From Planctomycetota bacterium (GTDB taxonomy: Bacteria > Planctomycetota > MHYJ01 > JACQXL01): 64,000 nucleotides of DNA. Positions 46,436-56,972 of this stretch are shown here, in pieces. Position numbers and translations under genes: made by a program. Every line of letters begins with the position of its first letter. The first letter of the stretch is position 1. Where the stretch lies: NCBI GenBank assembly GCA_016235865.1, contig JACRIK010000021.1, positions 97,226 through 161,225 of the forward strand, written 5' to 3'. The notes beneath the pieces were generated by a model. That model saw only the letters and a list, made by a program, of their open reading frames with translations. It did not search any database and was not told the origin of the DNA.

Positions 46436-48460
46436 ATGAGTAAAAGGTTAGTTGCCATATTTGTTATCGGTATATTTTTGAGTTTTGGCATAATATCAAT
46501 GGATACTTACGGCTGGTGCCCGAATCCGCCCAAGATGGGTGGATACACTCCGCCGCCCAGGCCCAAGCCGCCTGACCCTGCGCCAGAGGCGCCTAAGGAA
46601 CAACCTAGGCCGCCCGAGGCGCCCAAGGAGGCGCCCAAGACACCCGAGTCACCCAAGGAACAGCCCAAACAGTCCGAGACACCCAAGGAGTCCGAGACGC
46701 CAAAGCAACCCGAGGCGCCCAAGGACCAGCCGGCAACCCCGCCGGTTCCGGCAACACCGGAAGCTCCTAAGGATACTACGCCACCACCGCCTCCTCCTCC
46801 GACCACGGATACGCCTTTTGACCCCAATAGTTCTGTCGGAGGCACAGGAGGCAAGAGGCCAACCAGCGGAGGCGCATCTGTTACCCGTCCGCCATTGGAT
46901 TTCGGACTGCAACCCCGCATTCAGGCAATGACCCAGGGCACCTCTAATCTCCTGGGATATGTTGAACCCTGGGAGGTCTGGTGGACCCGTAACCGGGCCA
47001 AGTACCTGAAATTCCGCCAGCCCATAGAATTTATCAGTAAAACAAACGACGGCTATGTTAACGTGGCCAAGGAATACGACGAGATTTTCAATCTCTTCAA
47101 CAAAGCGCTGCACGACAAGGACCTCTATGTCCGGGTGGCGGCCGCCCAGGGATTGAGCAAGATGGGCGATAACAAGGTCAATCCCATCCTTAAAAAGGCA
47201 TTTTACGATGAGAAGCAGTTGTACGTGGAGAATAACATTATTTTTGCCATGGGCCTGATGGGCGATGCGACAAACGCCATTGTCCTGAAAGAGATAGCGG
47301 TCAATAAGCAGGAGACCGAGATAAACCGCGCCTATGCCATCCTGGCTTTAGGGTATGTCAAGAACAATGAAGAGGTGATTAAGGTATTAAAGGAATTAGC
47401 CGGCCAGCCGGACAAGGATGAGGTGGTGGCCAGCGCGGCCCTGGCACTGGGCAATCTTAAAGAAGCGTCCGCCGTTCCGATCCTGGCCAAACTTATCCAG
47501 CGGGGCGTTCTTTACCAGGGTGAGAAAAGTGACCGCAAGGTTAGGACGTATGCGGCCTTGGGCCTTGGCCGCATCGGCACTAAAGAGGCCGTGAACGAGC
47601 TGAAGAAATCGTTGGACGATAAGGATAAGGATGTCCAGGAATGCGTGGCCATTGCCCTGGGCTCAACCAAATTGCCCGAGGCCCTGAATCCGTTGATTCA
47701 ACTGCTATCAGACCGCGATTTGTCGGTCCGGGGATTCGCCGCCATTTCTCTAAGCCAGATATTGGATAAGGCGGTGTATCCTTTGCTATCTGATGCTTAC
47801 CGGAATGCCAAAGACCCGCAGGTAGACGGTATGATTGTCCTGGCCATGGGCTTGAACGGCGATAAGCGGGCCATCCCTGAACTGCAGAAGATTCTCACCA
47901 CCAAGACCAAGCGGTCCCTGATTAAAGGTGCAGCGGCTATTGCCCTGGGGCTCTTGAAGGATACCTCATCCGTCCAGATTATCTCCGACCTGCTGGACAA
48001 GAGCAATGACCCGGTGCTGGCGGCTCACCTGACCCTGAGTTTGGGGATGATCGGCGATATTAAGGCCGTGGATGTCATCAAGAAGAAGTGGGCGGATGTC
48101 GGAAGCAAGACGACCAATATTGCCTATACCAATATGGCCGTGGCCCTAACGATGCTGGGCGCCAGGGATGAGCTGGTGCTGCCGATGATTCGCAAGCACT
48201 TTGATAAGAAAGAAATGACCGCCCTGCGCCAGCATGCGATTCATTCGGCCGGACTGATCGGCGGCAAGGATATTATCAGCGATGTGGCCAAATTATATGA
48301 TGACGAGACCAACCCGCAGGTGCGTAATTACATCGTCAGTTCGCTGGGTTTTGTGGTTGACGTCAATGAAACCCCGCTGCTTACCAAGGTTACCGCAGAC
48401 AATGACTACAATGTCTTTATGTGGATTATGGAACACCTTCTGCCGCTGCCGCTGTGGTAA
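46436..48460 (+). CDS. Secreted HEAT-repeat protein with Pro-rich (PEAPKE) linker
   Basis: Signal peptide, PE(A/S/T)PKE repeats, many HEAT/PBS repeats (VRVAAAQGL, SAALALG, YAALGLG, FAAISL). Confidence 0.88.
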   Translation: MSKRLVAIFVIGIFLSFGIISMDTYGWCPNPPKMGGYTPPPRPKPPDPAPEAPKEQPRPPEAPKEAPKTPESPKEQPKQSETPKESETPKQPEAPKDQPATPPVPATPEAPKDTTPPPPPPPTTDTPFDPNSSVGGTGGKRPTSGGASVTRPPLDFGLQPRIQAMTQGTSNLLGYVEPWEVWWTRNRAKYLKFRQPIEFISKTNDGYVNVAKEYDEIFNLFNKALHDKDLYVRVAAAQGLSKMGDNKVNPILKKAFYDEKQLYVENNIIFAMGLMGDATNAIVLKEIAVNKQETEINRAYAILALGYVKNNEEVIKVLKELAGQPDKDEVVASAALALGNLKEASAVPILAKLIQRGVLYQGEKSDRKVRTYAALGLGRIGTKEAVNELKKSLDDKDKDVQECVAIALGSTKLPEALNPLIQLLSDRDLSVRGFAAISLSQILDKAVYPLLSDAYRNAKDPQVDGMIVLAMGLNGDKRAIPELQKILTTKTKRSLIKGAAAIALGLLKDTSSVQIISDLLDKSNDPVLAAHLTLSLGMIGDIKAVDVIKKKWADVGSKTTNIAYTNMAVALTMLGARDELVLPMIRKHFDKKEMTALRQHAIHSAGLIGGKDIISDVAKLYDDETNPQVRNYIVSSLGFVVDVNETPLLTKVTADNDYNVFMWIMEHLLPLPLW

Positions 48461-48483
48461 TAATTACGATAGGAGTGATCAAA

Positions 48484-48969
48484 ATGTGCCTCAAGTGCGG
48501 TTGTCAGGGGGTGGTTAACCTCAATCAGCGGGAATATCTTAAAATAATCTCTTTACATCCATTCAAGGACAAGGTCATCCATAATAGCGGATATGATTTT
48601 TATATTACGGTTTCGGAGCCGGCGCCTCAGGTGATTGACCTTATTTTCTATGTAGAGAATCCCTTTTTCAAGAGGCCGGTCCATTCAGTCAAGGAGATAT
48701 TATTGTATCCCGATGGTTCTTCAACACCGCAGCGGTTTACTTTAGATACGGATATCGCCGGTGTTTCGTCATTGAGATACCGCTATCAGGAACCATTTGA
48801 GGCGAAACTAAAGATAATAACCGTAGCGTCTGACCGGCAGAATCTTTCGGCAGAAACGACTGTTCAAATCGGCTCGCCCAAGCCGTCTTATTTTTTCCTT
48901 ATTACCTTTGTGATAACAATCCTGCTTGCTGTTGCTTTTGTCTCTCTGAAGAGAGGACGGCGTAGTTAA
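48484..48969 (+). CDS. Hypothetical protein with N-terminal CxxCGC motif and C-terminal membrane anchor
   Basis: RBS AGGAG at 48471 supports ATG 48484; MCLKCGC start; C-terminal TM followed by KRGRR. Confidence 0.65.
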   Translation: MCLKCGCQGVVNLNQREYLKIISLHPFKDKVIHNSGYDFYITVSEPAPQVIDLIFYVENPFFKRPVHSVKEILLYPDGSSTPQRFTLDTDIAGVSSLRYRYQEPFEAKLKIITVASDRQNLSAETTVQIGSPKPSYFFLITFVITILLAVAFVSLKRGRRS

Positions 48970-49008
48970 GCACATATATGATGCCTGTTGCCTGCCGCTT
49001 TCTGAAGT

Positions 49009-50307
49009 ATGAATATCCTTAAATACAGATTCATCCATCGGTTGCTGATAAACCCGGTGTTCATATCTATTATCCGCTTTCCATTTGTCGTTGCCTTTTT
49101 CCTGATAATCTTCAGTGGATTATTCGGCAGTATCTATAGGAATTCCGTTAATCTTATGGTCGGTGTCATCTGGCTGGTCTTTATTTCGTTCACCGCTATT
49201 ATTGGAGGCAAAATCTGGTGTCTGGTCTGCCCCTGGAATACCCTGGCCGAATGGATGCAGTATATCCTACGCCTGCCTGATGCCAAATTCCAGGTTCCAA
49301 GGATATTTCGTAATCTCTGGATCGCCGTCTTTTTCTTCCTGTTAATTATTTGGCTGGAATATGCAATAGGGCTGGCTAACAATGCGCGGTTTATTGCTTA
49401 TCTGGCAATAATTATTTTTGGTATAACATTTATCTCGGTGTTATTATTTCCCAGAAAGTCATTCTGTCGTTATGGCTGTCCGGTCGGCGCCATCTGTGGG
49501 TTATACGGGCTTTTTGCGCCGCTCGAACTGCGCAGCGCTGATAAGGAGACCTGCCGGCAATGCCTGACCAAGGATTGTATTAAGGGCAATGATAAGGGAA
49601 ATGCCTGTCCTGTCTTTGAGTATCCCGGCACGATGGACGATAATCTGTATTGTATCCTCTGCACCGAATGCATCAAAACCTGCCCGAATGACAACATTGC
49701 CGTTAATATCAGGAAGCCCGTCGCAGACCTCTTAAAATTCAGGGTGTTATCATTCAGCGAGATATTTATGATTGTGACCATGCTGGCCTTATCCATATTC
49801 GGCGCAATGAATATAAGCCGCATTTATTTCCTGATAATAGATTGGTCGTTGGCAAAATTGGCATTACCCGAAATAGTTTCTTTATTATTCTTGATACTGA
49901 TACTGGTTCTTATTATTTTATTCCTCTTTTATGCCTTATCGCGTATTTATCGCACAAATCTATCTGTCGTTACCTATACATTTTTGCCAATCGCATTGTT
50001 TAACCATCTGGCAAATACCGTAAAACTGTTCTCTATCAGGGCCGAGGAGGTAATTCCGCTTATCTCAGATCCGCTGGGTTTATCCTGGAATCTCTTTGGC
50101 AGCGCCGGGTACCTGCCCAAACCGCTTTTTGATGCCGGGACTCTTCAGTACATAGCCGGGCCGGTGATGATTATCGGGCTGTTATATTCCATATATCTGG
50201 CATATCGGCTGGTTAGGATGCAATCTAAATCAAAGGCGGCGCTTGTTTTATTGTTAATGCCGATGGCCCTGTTGGTTTGGTTCAACTGGTGGCTGATACC
50301 GCAATAA
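49009..50307 (+). CDS. Polytopic membrane 4Fe-4S-binding protein (NapH/FixG-like polyferredoxin)
   Basis: WCLVCP, FCRYGCP, CRQC..KDC, CILCTECIKTCP, multiple TM helices. Confidence 0.85.
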   Translation: MNILKYRFIHRLLINPVFISIIRFPFVVAFFLIIFSGLFGSIYRNSVNLMVGVIWLVFISFTAIIGGKIWCLVCPWNTLAEWMQYILRLPDAKFQVPRIFRNLWIAVFFFLLIIWLEYAIGLANNARFIAYLAIIIFGITFISVLLFPRKSFCRYGCPVGAICGLYGLFAPLELRSADKETCRQCLTKDCIKGNDKGNACPVFEYPGTMDDNLYCILCTECIKTCPNDNIAVNIRKPVADLLKFRVLSFSEIFMIVTMLALSIFGAMNISRIYFLIIDWSLAKLALPEIVSLLFLILILVLIILFLFYALSRIYRTNLSVVTYTFLPIALFNHLANTVKLFSIRAEEVIPLISDPLGLSWNLFGSAGYLPKPLFDAGTLQYIAGPVMIIGLLYSIYLAYRLVRMQSKSKAALVLLLMPMALLVWFNWWLIPQ

Positions 50308-50347
50308 AATCTTGCTAAAACAAATCTATCTTGATAAAATAGCAGAT

Positions 50348-51376
50348 ATGAGAAGATATAATATCGCCATTGTCGGTGCCACGGGTATTGTCGGGCTGGA
50401 GTTGCTTAAGATACTGGTGGAACGCAGATTCCCGGTAAGAGAATTGCGCCTGTTTGCTTCTGCCGGATCGGCTGGGAAAAGTATGAGGTATAAAGGTAAA
50501 GGGTTGAAAGTAAACAATATAACCAATAACTCATTTGAGGGCATAGATATCGCCTTCTTTGCTGTTGATGGTTCAATCAGTAAAAAATGGGCGCCGGTGG
50601 CGGTGAAAAGCGGGGCGGTGGTGATTGATAAGTCCAGCGCCTTCAGGATGGGCAAGAATGTGCCGCTGGTTATTCCGGAAATTAATGCCGATGCTATTAA
50701 CACAAACTCCCCTTTAGTAAGAGGGGGTAGGGGGTGTGTTATCGCCAGCCCTAATTGCTCGACCACGCCTCTGGCCATGGCCTTAAAGCCGCTCAATGAT
50801 TACGCTAAGGTGAAACGGGTGGTCGTGTCCACATATCAATCAGTCTCCGGCGCCGGTCTGCAGGCAGTGCAAGCGTTGACCGAACAAACAAAGCAAGTAT
50901 TAAATCTGAAATCTAAAATCTTAAATCTTAAATCTCAAAGATACGCCTTCAACGCCATCCCGCAGATTGATTCGTTCTGCGAGGACGATTATACCGGTGA
51001 AGAAGTCAAGATGATTAACGAGACCCGCAAGATACTCAATGATTATTCCATAAAGATAACCGCCACATGTGTGAGGATTCCGGTCTATTGCGGGCATAGC
51101 GAATCAGTCAATATCGAAACAGCCAGACCCATAACTGTTGCCCAGGCTAGGAATCTGTTAAGCAGGGCAAAGGGTATTAAGGTAATGGACAATCCTTTAA
51201 AGGGTAGTTATCCTATGCCGATTGATGTTGCAGGTAAGGACGAAGTATTCGTGGGCCGGATTCGCAAAGACCGGTCCGTCAGGAACGGAATCAACCTTTG
51301 GCTGGTTTCTGACAACCTTCGCAAAGGCGCGGCCTTGAATGCGGTGCAAATAGCGGAATATCTGATAAAAACATGA
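50348..51376 (+). CDS. asd: Aspartate-semialdehyde dehydrogenase
   Basis: IVGATGIVG, IDKSSAFRM, SPNCST, STYQSVSGAG, TCVRIPV..GHSE, DNLRKGAALNAVQIAE; ATG 50348 preferred because the upstream TTG is a -35 box. Confidence 0.96.
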   Translation: MRRYNIAIVGATGIVGLELLKILVERRFPVRELRLFASAGSAGKSMRYKGKGLKVNNITNNSFEGIDIAFFAVDGSISKKWAPVAVKSGAVVIDKSSAFRMGKNVPLVIPEINADAINTNSPLVRGGRGCVIASPNCSTTPLAMALKPLNDYAKVKRVVVSTYQSVSGAGLQAVQALTEQTKQVLNLKSKILNLKSQRYAFNAIPQIDSFCEDDYTGEEVKMINETRKILNDYSIKITATCVRIPVYCGHSESVNIETARPITVAQARNLLSRAKGIKVMDNPLKGSYPMPIDVAGKDEVFVGRIRKDRSVRNGINLWLVSDNLRKGAALNAVQIAEYLIKT

Positions 51377-51415
51377 GTTATGAATTAATAATTGATAACT
51401 TATAATTCATAATTT

Positions 51416-53227
51416 ATGGTTCTCTATGATGTTGTTGTAGTCGGTGCCGGACATGCCGGAATAGAAGCCGCTCTGGTCTCTGCCCGAATGGGCTGTCAGA
51501 CCCTTCTCCTGACTATATCCTTTGACACCATTGCTCAGATGTCCTGCAATCCGGCTATCGGTGGATTAGCCAAAGGGCAATTGGTCCGTGAGATTGATGC
51601 CCTGGGCGGCGAGATGGCTAAGGCCACGGATGCCACCGGCATCCAATTCCGTATGCTCAATACCGGCAAGGGTCCGGCCGTTCAATCACTCCGCGCCCAG
51701 TGCGATAAGAAACAATATCACCTTTACATGAAGAAAGTTTTGAAGAATCAGGATAATCTCATCCTGCAAGAGGATATGGTTAACGAGATTATGGCCAAAG
51801 GCAATTGCGCAGTCGGCGTAAAGGGTAAAAAGGAGTCATACTACGGAAAAGCTGTGATTATTACCACCGGTACCTTTATGAAAGGGCTGATTCATATCGG
51901 TGAAGACAAGACCAAGGGCGGGAGAATCAATGAGCCGTCAGCCGAAAACATTTCGGATAGTCTGGTTAAGCTTGGCTTGGAATTAGGCCGCTTGAAGACC
52001 GGCACGCCGCCCCGGCTGGATACCAAAAGTATAGATTACCCCGGGCTGATAGAGCAGCCCGGCGATGAGATGCCGAAACCATTTTCATTCTCTACTGAAA
52101 AGATTATTCAGAAACAGATTCCTTGTTACATCACGCATACAAATAATAAGACGCACGAGATAATTCGCAAGAATCTTGATCGGGCGCCGCTTTATACCGG
52201 TCAGATTAAGGCCATCGGCCCGCGGTATTGTCCTTCCATTGAAGATAAGATAGTCAGATTCGCCGGCCGGGAACAGCATCAGGTTTTCCTGGAGCCGGAA
52301 GGCCGCAAGATTCCTGAGGTCTACTGCAACGGAATTTCCACCAGTTTGCCCAAGGATGTCCAGGAAGAAATGGTGCATTCTATCGAGGGGCTGGAGGATG
52401 CTGAATTTATCCGTTATGGTTATGCCATAGAATATGATGTGGTCCTGCCGCACCAGATAAAGCCGACATTGGAAACCAAGAAAGTGGAGAACCTTTTTGT
52501 AGCCGGTCAGATAAATGGCACATCCGGTTATGAGGAAGCCGGGGCCCAGGGGTTGATGGCCGGCATCAATGCGGTACTGAAGATAAGAAATGACCCGTCA
52601 TTTATTCTCGGGCGGGATGAAGCATATATCGGGGTTTTGATAGATGATTTAGTCACGCTCGGGCCGACCGAACCGTATCGGATGTTTACCTCGCGGGCCG
52701 AATATCGCCTGCTTCTGCGTTCTGATAACGCCGACCGGCGCCTGATGCCTTATGCGAATAAATTGGGATTGCTTGATAGGGCGCTGAAAAAGAGATTAGA
52801 TAATAAGGAACGCTTGATAAGAGATACGCTCAACGTATTAAGTCGGACGTTCAAGGGAACTAAGAATTTGAAGACGCTGCTCAAACAGCCGGAGATTACG
52901 CTGAAGGAATTAGAACATAAGTCAGCACCTTTGCGTAAGCTTAAACTGACCGACGATATCCGGGAACAGGTGGAGATTGAGGCTAAATATGAAGGGTATA
53001 TCCAGCGCCAATTGCGCCAGATTGAAAAGGCCAGAAAGATGGAGGATTATCCGTTGCCGCCTGGTTTTGATTACGGCAAGATAGGGCATCTCAGCAAGGA
53101 AGCCCGGACCCAACTCAATAAATTCAAGCCGGCTTCATTAGGCCAGGCATCGCGTATTGCCGGCGTCTCTCCGGCAGATATCACAGTTCTGATGGTATAT
53201 TTTCTATATGGCAGGAGAGCGCCATAA
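51416..53227 (+). CDS. mnmG: tRNA uridine-5-carboxymethylaminomethyl modification enzyme MnmG/GidA
   Basis: VVGAGHAG, MSCNPAIGG, LKTGTPPR, GPRYCPSIEDK, GQINGTSGYEEA, YRMFTSRAEYRL. Confidence 0.97.
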   Translation: MVLYDVVVVGAGHAGIEAALVSARMGCQTLLLTISFDTIAQMSCNPAIGGLAKGQLVREIDALGGEMAKATDATGIQFRMLNTGKGPAVQSLRAQCDKKQYHLYMKKVLKNQDNLILQEDMVNEIMAKGNCAVGVKGKKESYYGKAVIITTGTFMKGLIHIGEDKTKGGRINEPSAENISDSLVKLGLELGRLKTGTPPRLDTKSIDYPGLIEQPGDEMPKPFSFSTEKIIQKQIPCYITHTNNKTHEIIRKNLDRAPLYTGQIKAIGPRYCPSIEDKIVRFAGREQHQVFLEPEGRKIPEVYCNGISTSLPKDVQEEMVHSIEGLEDAEFIRYGYAIEYDVVLPHQIKPTLETKKVENLFVAGQINGTSGYEEAGAQGLMAGINAVLKIRNDPSFILGRDEAYIGVLIDDLVTLGPTEPYRMFTSRAEYRLLLRSDNADRRLMPYANKLGLLDRALKKRLDNKERLIRDTLNVLSRTFKGTKNLKTLLKQPEITLKELEHKSAPLRKLKLTDDIREQVEIEAKYEGYIQRQLRQIEKARKMEDYPLPPGFDYGKIGHLSKEARTQLNKFKPASLGQASRIAGVSPADITVLMVYFLYGRRAP

Positions 53228-53279
53228 TGGCGCCATGGCGCTTCGGCACCAAAAGACAATCTGGTTTCCAAGCAATAGG

Positions 53280-54449
53280 TTATCCGACTATCTTATGGCT
53301 GTCCGACAGGAATATGCCTTTTATCAGCATCTTCAGTTGTTCGGGATTAGGAGAATATTTTAATCCGGTTTCCTCCCTGATTAACCCATCCTTGATTAGT
53401 TGATGGAGTGATTGGTTGAAATCCTGCATTCCTTCTTCTTCGCTGGAGCGCATTATGTCGGTGATTTTCTTGTCTTCCTTGTTCTGAATCAGTTTCTGGA
53501 TGGAAGGATTATTCAGCAGCACCTCCACAGCCGGAACCAGGCGGGCCTCTTTCTTGGCGCCGGGCAGCAGCCGCTGGCAGAATATGGCCCTGAGATTCAT
53601 CATCAAACTTTGGCGAATCAACTCCTGCCGTTCGGTCGGGAACAGGTCCAGGATGCGCGAGACGCTCTGGGCGGCCGTCGAGGCGTGCAGCGTGCCCAAT
53701 ACCAGATGCCCGGTCTCAGCCGCCATCAGGCCGGCTTCCAGGCTTTCCGAATCGCGCATCTCGCCCATCAGGATGACATCTGGATTCTGGCGCACGATAT
53801 ACCTCAGCGCATCGTGGAATGAAGCCACGTCAATGCCGACCTCGCGTTGGTTGACAAATGATTTGATATCCGTAAAGAGATATTCTATCGGGTCTTCCAC
53901 GGTAATAATATGGCATTTGCGGTTTTCGTTGATGTATTGCAGCATCGAGGCCAGGGTGGTGGATTTCCCCGATGAGGTCGGGCCTGAAACAATAACCAAT
54001 CCTTCCTTATAAGAAACCACCTTCTGAACAGCCGTCGGCAGGTTCAGCTCTTTGAAATTCGGTATCTGGGTGTTGACCCGCCGGGCGGCCAGGGCAATAT
54101 TGCCGCGTTCCTTGAAGACGTTGACCCGGAACCGGCCCGTGCTTTCAACGCTATAGGCAAAGTCAAGGTTGTTGTGTGCCTCAAAATGCGTCCGCTGTTC
54201 ATCGGTCAGTATTTCGTAAACTATCTTCTTGATATCTTCATTGCTCAGGGCGCGGCTGCCGACTTCATAAAGGACCGTGGAAATCCGGAATACCGGTTTC
54301 ATGTCGGCCTTGAGATGCAGGTCAGAACCCTTGTTTTTGGCTAATCCCACAAATAGTTTTTCCATATCCTTTAGGTTCGCCGGAGCCGAAATATCTGGTT
54401 GAACTGTCTGGGATTGGGAAGCCGGATGTTCTTTCTTGGATTCTGTCAT
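53280..54449 (-). CDS. pilT: Second PilT/PilU family ATPase
   Basis: GSDLHL, RFRVNVF, GPTSSGKSTT, TVEDPIEY, RQNPDVILMGEMRD, ETGHLVLGTLH. Confidence 0.92.
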   Translation of the reverse strand: MTESKKEHPASQSQTVQPDISAPANLKDMEKLFVGLAKNKGSDLHLKADMKPVFRISTVLYEVGSRALSNEDIKKIVYEILTDEQRTHFEAHNNLDFAYSVESTGRFRVNVFKERGNIALAARRVNTQIPNFKELNLPTAVQKVVSYKEGLVIVSGPTSSGKSTTLASMLQYINENRKCHIITVEDPIEYLFTDIKSFVNQREVGIDVASFHDALRYIVRQNPDVILMGEMRDSESLEAGLMAAETGHLVLGTLHASTAAQSVSRILDLFPTERQELIRQSLMMNLRAIFCQRLLPGAKKEARLVPAVEVLLNNPSIQKLIQNKEDKKITDIMRSSEEEGMQDFNQSLHQLIKDGLIREETGLKYSPNPEQLKMLIKGIFLSDSHKIVG

Positions 54450-54460
54450 AAGGTTTCACC

Positions 54461-55873
54461 TCATTTCCATTCGATAACAGGTGGAATATCCTGAACGCTA
54501 AGCCAGGTTTTATTCGCAAGCGTTAGGGTGGTTCGTGTGTTATCAGGAAGAGTATAGGTAATTGTTTTTTTGCCATTTATGACTTCTTGTACCTGCGCAT
54601 CCGGGTATAATTTATTCAGAACCTTTTGATACGCATTAAACGATTCGTAGGCATCGTTATCTGAATCCCATATGGTCGAGAGGAATAAAACAATATCCTT
54701 GGTTTTATTGTTTTGGAGCAGGAAATATTTATCGCCATCCCAGCCCTCCGATGCCTCGCCGGCTTTTCCTTTGGCATAACTGCTGAATAGAATCCAAAAG
54801 CCGAATTCCCCCATGGTGTTTTCGGCCAGTATGGTCCATTCATCGCCAGCCTGGGGCGGTGTAATCGATTCAGGGGTATCGCGCGGTTCGGCCAATTTTT
54901 TGGTATGAATCATCTGTTCGGTTGATATAGGCGGATTCTTATATGTCCCGCTAACCAGCTGCCAGTTTTTTTGCTTCTCATCAATGGTCACCATGGTATG
55001 AATGGAGTAGGCGCCGTGGTAATAAGGCGCTATCAGCAGCCAGAAAAGATAATCCGGCACATCCTTGAGGGCTATTATGGATTCATATAAGTCAGGCGCT
55101 GTTTCTTTATACTGTTCAGCCATTGATGTTGATAACTCCAGTAAATCTTTGCGCCCCAGATTTTTGTAGCGGCTGAAAGCCATTTCCATCATCGGGCTGT
55201 CCGGCGCAAAGGTGATGCCCATTTTCTCTAACTGGGCAATGGTCATGACATAAGTGGCTTCTCCTTCTACCAGATATCTGATAGCGGTTTCCTGGTCGCT
55301 ATTATTCGCTGTTTTGATCAGTTTTCCCAGGTCATAATACTGGTCCTGGAGGGCGTGAGTCAGTTCGTGGATAACCATGGTTTCCATTTCCATCTGCGGC
55401 ATATTGATTTTTATGAAATACATACACTTGGTTTCGGGGTCATAATAAGCTCCGGCCTGGCTGACCAGCAGGTTTTCCAGTCCTTTTTTCATGTCATAAT
55501 TCTTGGGTAACAATCCCAGTTTAGATAATGCCAGCTGGTTCCATCTGCTTTCCTCATCAAATGATTTATCCAGGTCTTTTTTCACGAAAGTCCTAAATTC
55601 CTCAACGGATTGTACCGCTCCTTTGACATCAGACTTAAACTTCTTGCCGCTGATTCTTTCCACGATTTCCTGGCAGGATTTCAGGTTGACCGGGATTCCC
55701 GGCGTAGCAGCGGCGGAGTCCGCCGGCGCGGTCACTGCGGTTGTTCCCCGAAGGCTTTCGGGGGGCGCAGCGGCTGATTTGTCATCCGGTTTATTACTGC
55801 CGCCAGCGCAGCTAATAGAGGCGATAGAAATTAGTGTCAATGCTAATACTAAGGCAATATGTTTTTTATGCAT
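54461..55873 (-). CDS. Lipoprotein with HExxH zinc-metallopeptidase-like domain
   Basis: Lipobox SISC; GAYYDP, IHELTHALQDQ, LVEGEA, PISTEQ, GWDGD, WDS. Confidence 0.75.
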   Translation of the reverse strand: MHKKHIALVLALTLISIASISCAGGSNKPDDKSAAAPPESLRGTTAVTAPADSAAATPGIPVNLKSCQEIVERISGKKFKSDVKGAVQSVEEFRTFVKKDLDKSFDEESRWNQLALSKLGLLPKNYDMKKGLENLLVSQAGAYYDPETKCMYFIKINMPQMEMETMVIHELTHALQDQYYDLGKLIKTANNSDQETAIRYLVEGEATYVMTIAQLEKMGITFAPDSPMMEMAFSRYKNLGRKDLLELSTSMAEQYKETAPDLYESIIALKDVPDYLFWLLIAPYYHGAYSIHTMVTIDEKQKNWQLVSGTYKNPPISTEQMIHTKKLAEPRDTPESITPPQAGDEWTILAENTMGEFGFWILFSSYAKGKAGEASEGWDGDKYFLLQNNKTKDIVLFLSTIWDSDNDAYESFNAYQKVLNKLYPDAQVQEVINGKKTITYTLPDNTRTTLTLANKTWLSVQDIPPVIEWK

Positions 55874-55886
55874 TATGTTGTTGTCT

Positions 55887-56894
55887 TCAACGTTGGTAGT
55901 GTTTATGATAGAATTTCATGTATTCGCCGGTTTTTATCTGCTGCCACCACGCCTGATTATTCAGGTACCATAATATGGTTTTCTTGATGCCGTCCTCAAA
56001 CCGGTATTTGGGCCGCCAGCCCAGTTGCCGTTTGATTTTGGAGATATTGAGCGCATACCGGCGGTCATGCCCGGGCCGGTCCTTGACATAGGTAACCAGC
56101 GATATGGGCTGGTTCAGGAGTTTTAAGATAGTCTTGGTGATATAAAGGTTGGTCTGCTCGCAGTTGCCGCCGATATTATAAATTTCGCCCGGTTGGCCCT
56201 TGAGCATAACCGTCGCGATGGCCCGGCAGTTATCCTCGACATAGAGCCAGTCCCGGACATTGAGCCCGTCTCCGTAAAGCGGCAGCGGTTTGTCCGACAT
56301 GGCGTTGGTGACAAAAAGCGGTATCACCTTTTCCGGGAACTGGTATGGCCCGTAATTATTACTGCTTCGGGTGATAAGCGCCTTGTAGCCAAAGGTTTTT
56401 TCGTACGACTTGACCAGCAGGTCAGCCGCGGCCTTGCTGGCGGAATACGGACTGCTGGCTTCAAGCGGATAATCCTCCCTGAAGGCTGGCTCGTTTGGTT
56501 TTAGCGACCCATAGACCTCATCGGTTGATATCTGGATGAATCGTTTGATGTTATGCTGGCGGGCTGATTCCAGCATGGTCTGGGCGCCCAATATATTGGT
56601 GCTAAGGAACTCGGCCGGTTTGTATAAACTCCGGTCCACATGCGACTCGGCCGCGAAATTTATCACCACATCAGGATATTCACCCATCAGGCGATTGACC
56701 AATTTGCCGTCTCGGATATCGCCCCGGACGAATTTGTATCTTTTGTCCCTGCGGATATTTTCAAGGTTAGCCGGATTGCCCGCATAGGTCAGCAGGTCAA
56801 GATTGGTTATTTTTACGGAAAGGTAGTTTTTGAGAATGAATCTGATGAAATTAGAGCCGATAAATCCGCATCCGCCGGTCAGTAATATTTTCAT
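55887..56894 (-). CDS. rfbB: dTDP-glucose 4,6-dehydratase
   Basis: TGGCGFIGS, LTYAGN, AAESHVDRS, STDEVYG, PYSASKA, NNYGPYQFPEK, DRPGHDRRY. Confidence 0.96.
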   Translation of the reverse strand: MKILLTGGCGFIGSNFIRFILKNYLSVKITNLDLLTYAGNPANLENIRRDKRYKFVRGDIRDGKLVNRLMGEYPDVVINFAAESHVDRSLYKPAEFLSTNILGAQTMLESARQHNIKRFIQISTDEVYGSLKPNEPAFREDYPLEASSPYSASKAAADLLVKSYEKTFGYKALITRSSNNYGPYQFPEKVIPLFVTNAMSDKPLPLYGDGLNVRDWLYVEDNCRAIATVMLKGQPGEIYNIGGNCEQTNLYITKTILKLLNQPISLVTYVKDRPGHDRRYALNISKIKRQLGWRPKYRFEDGIKKTILWYLNNQAWWQQIKTGEYMKFYHKHYQR

Positions 56895-56972
56895 CCTGGT
56901 AATTTAATAATTTCTATTATCTCTGGTCAAGAAAAGGACGATTTTATATAACGATAAGCATATAACCAAGAT

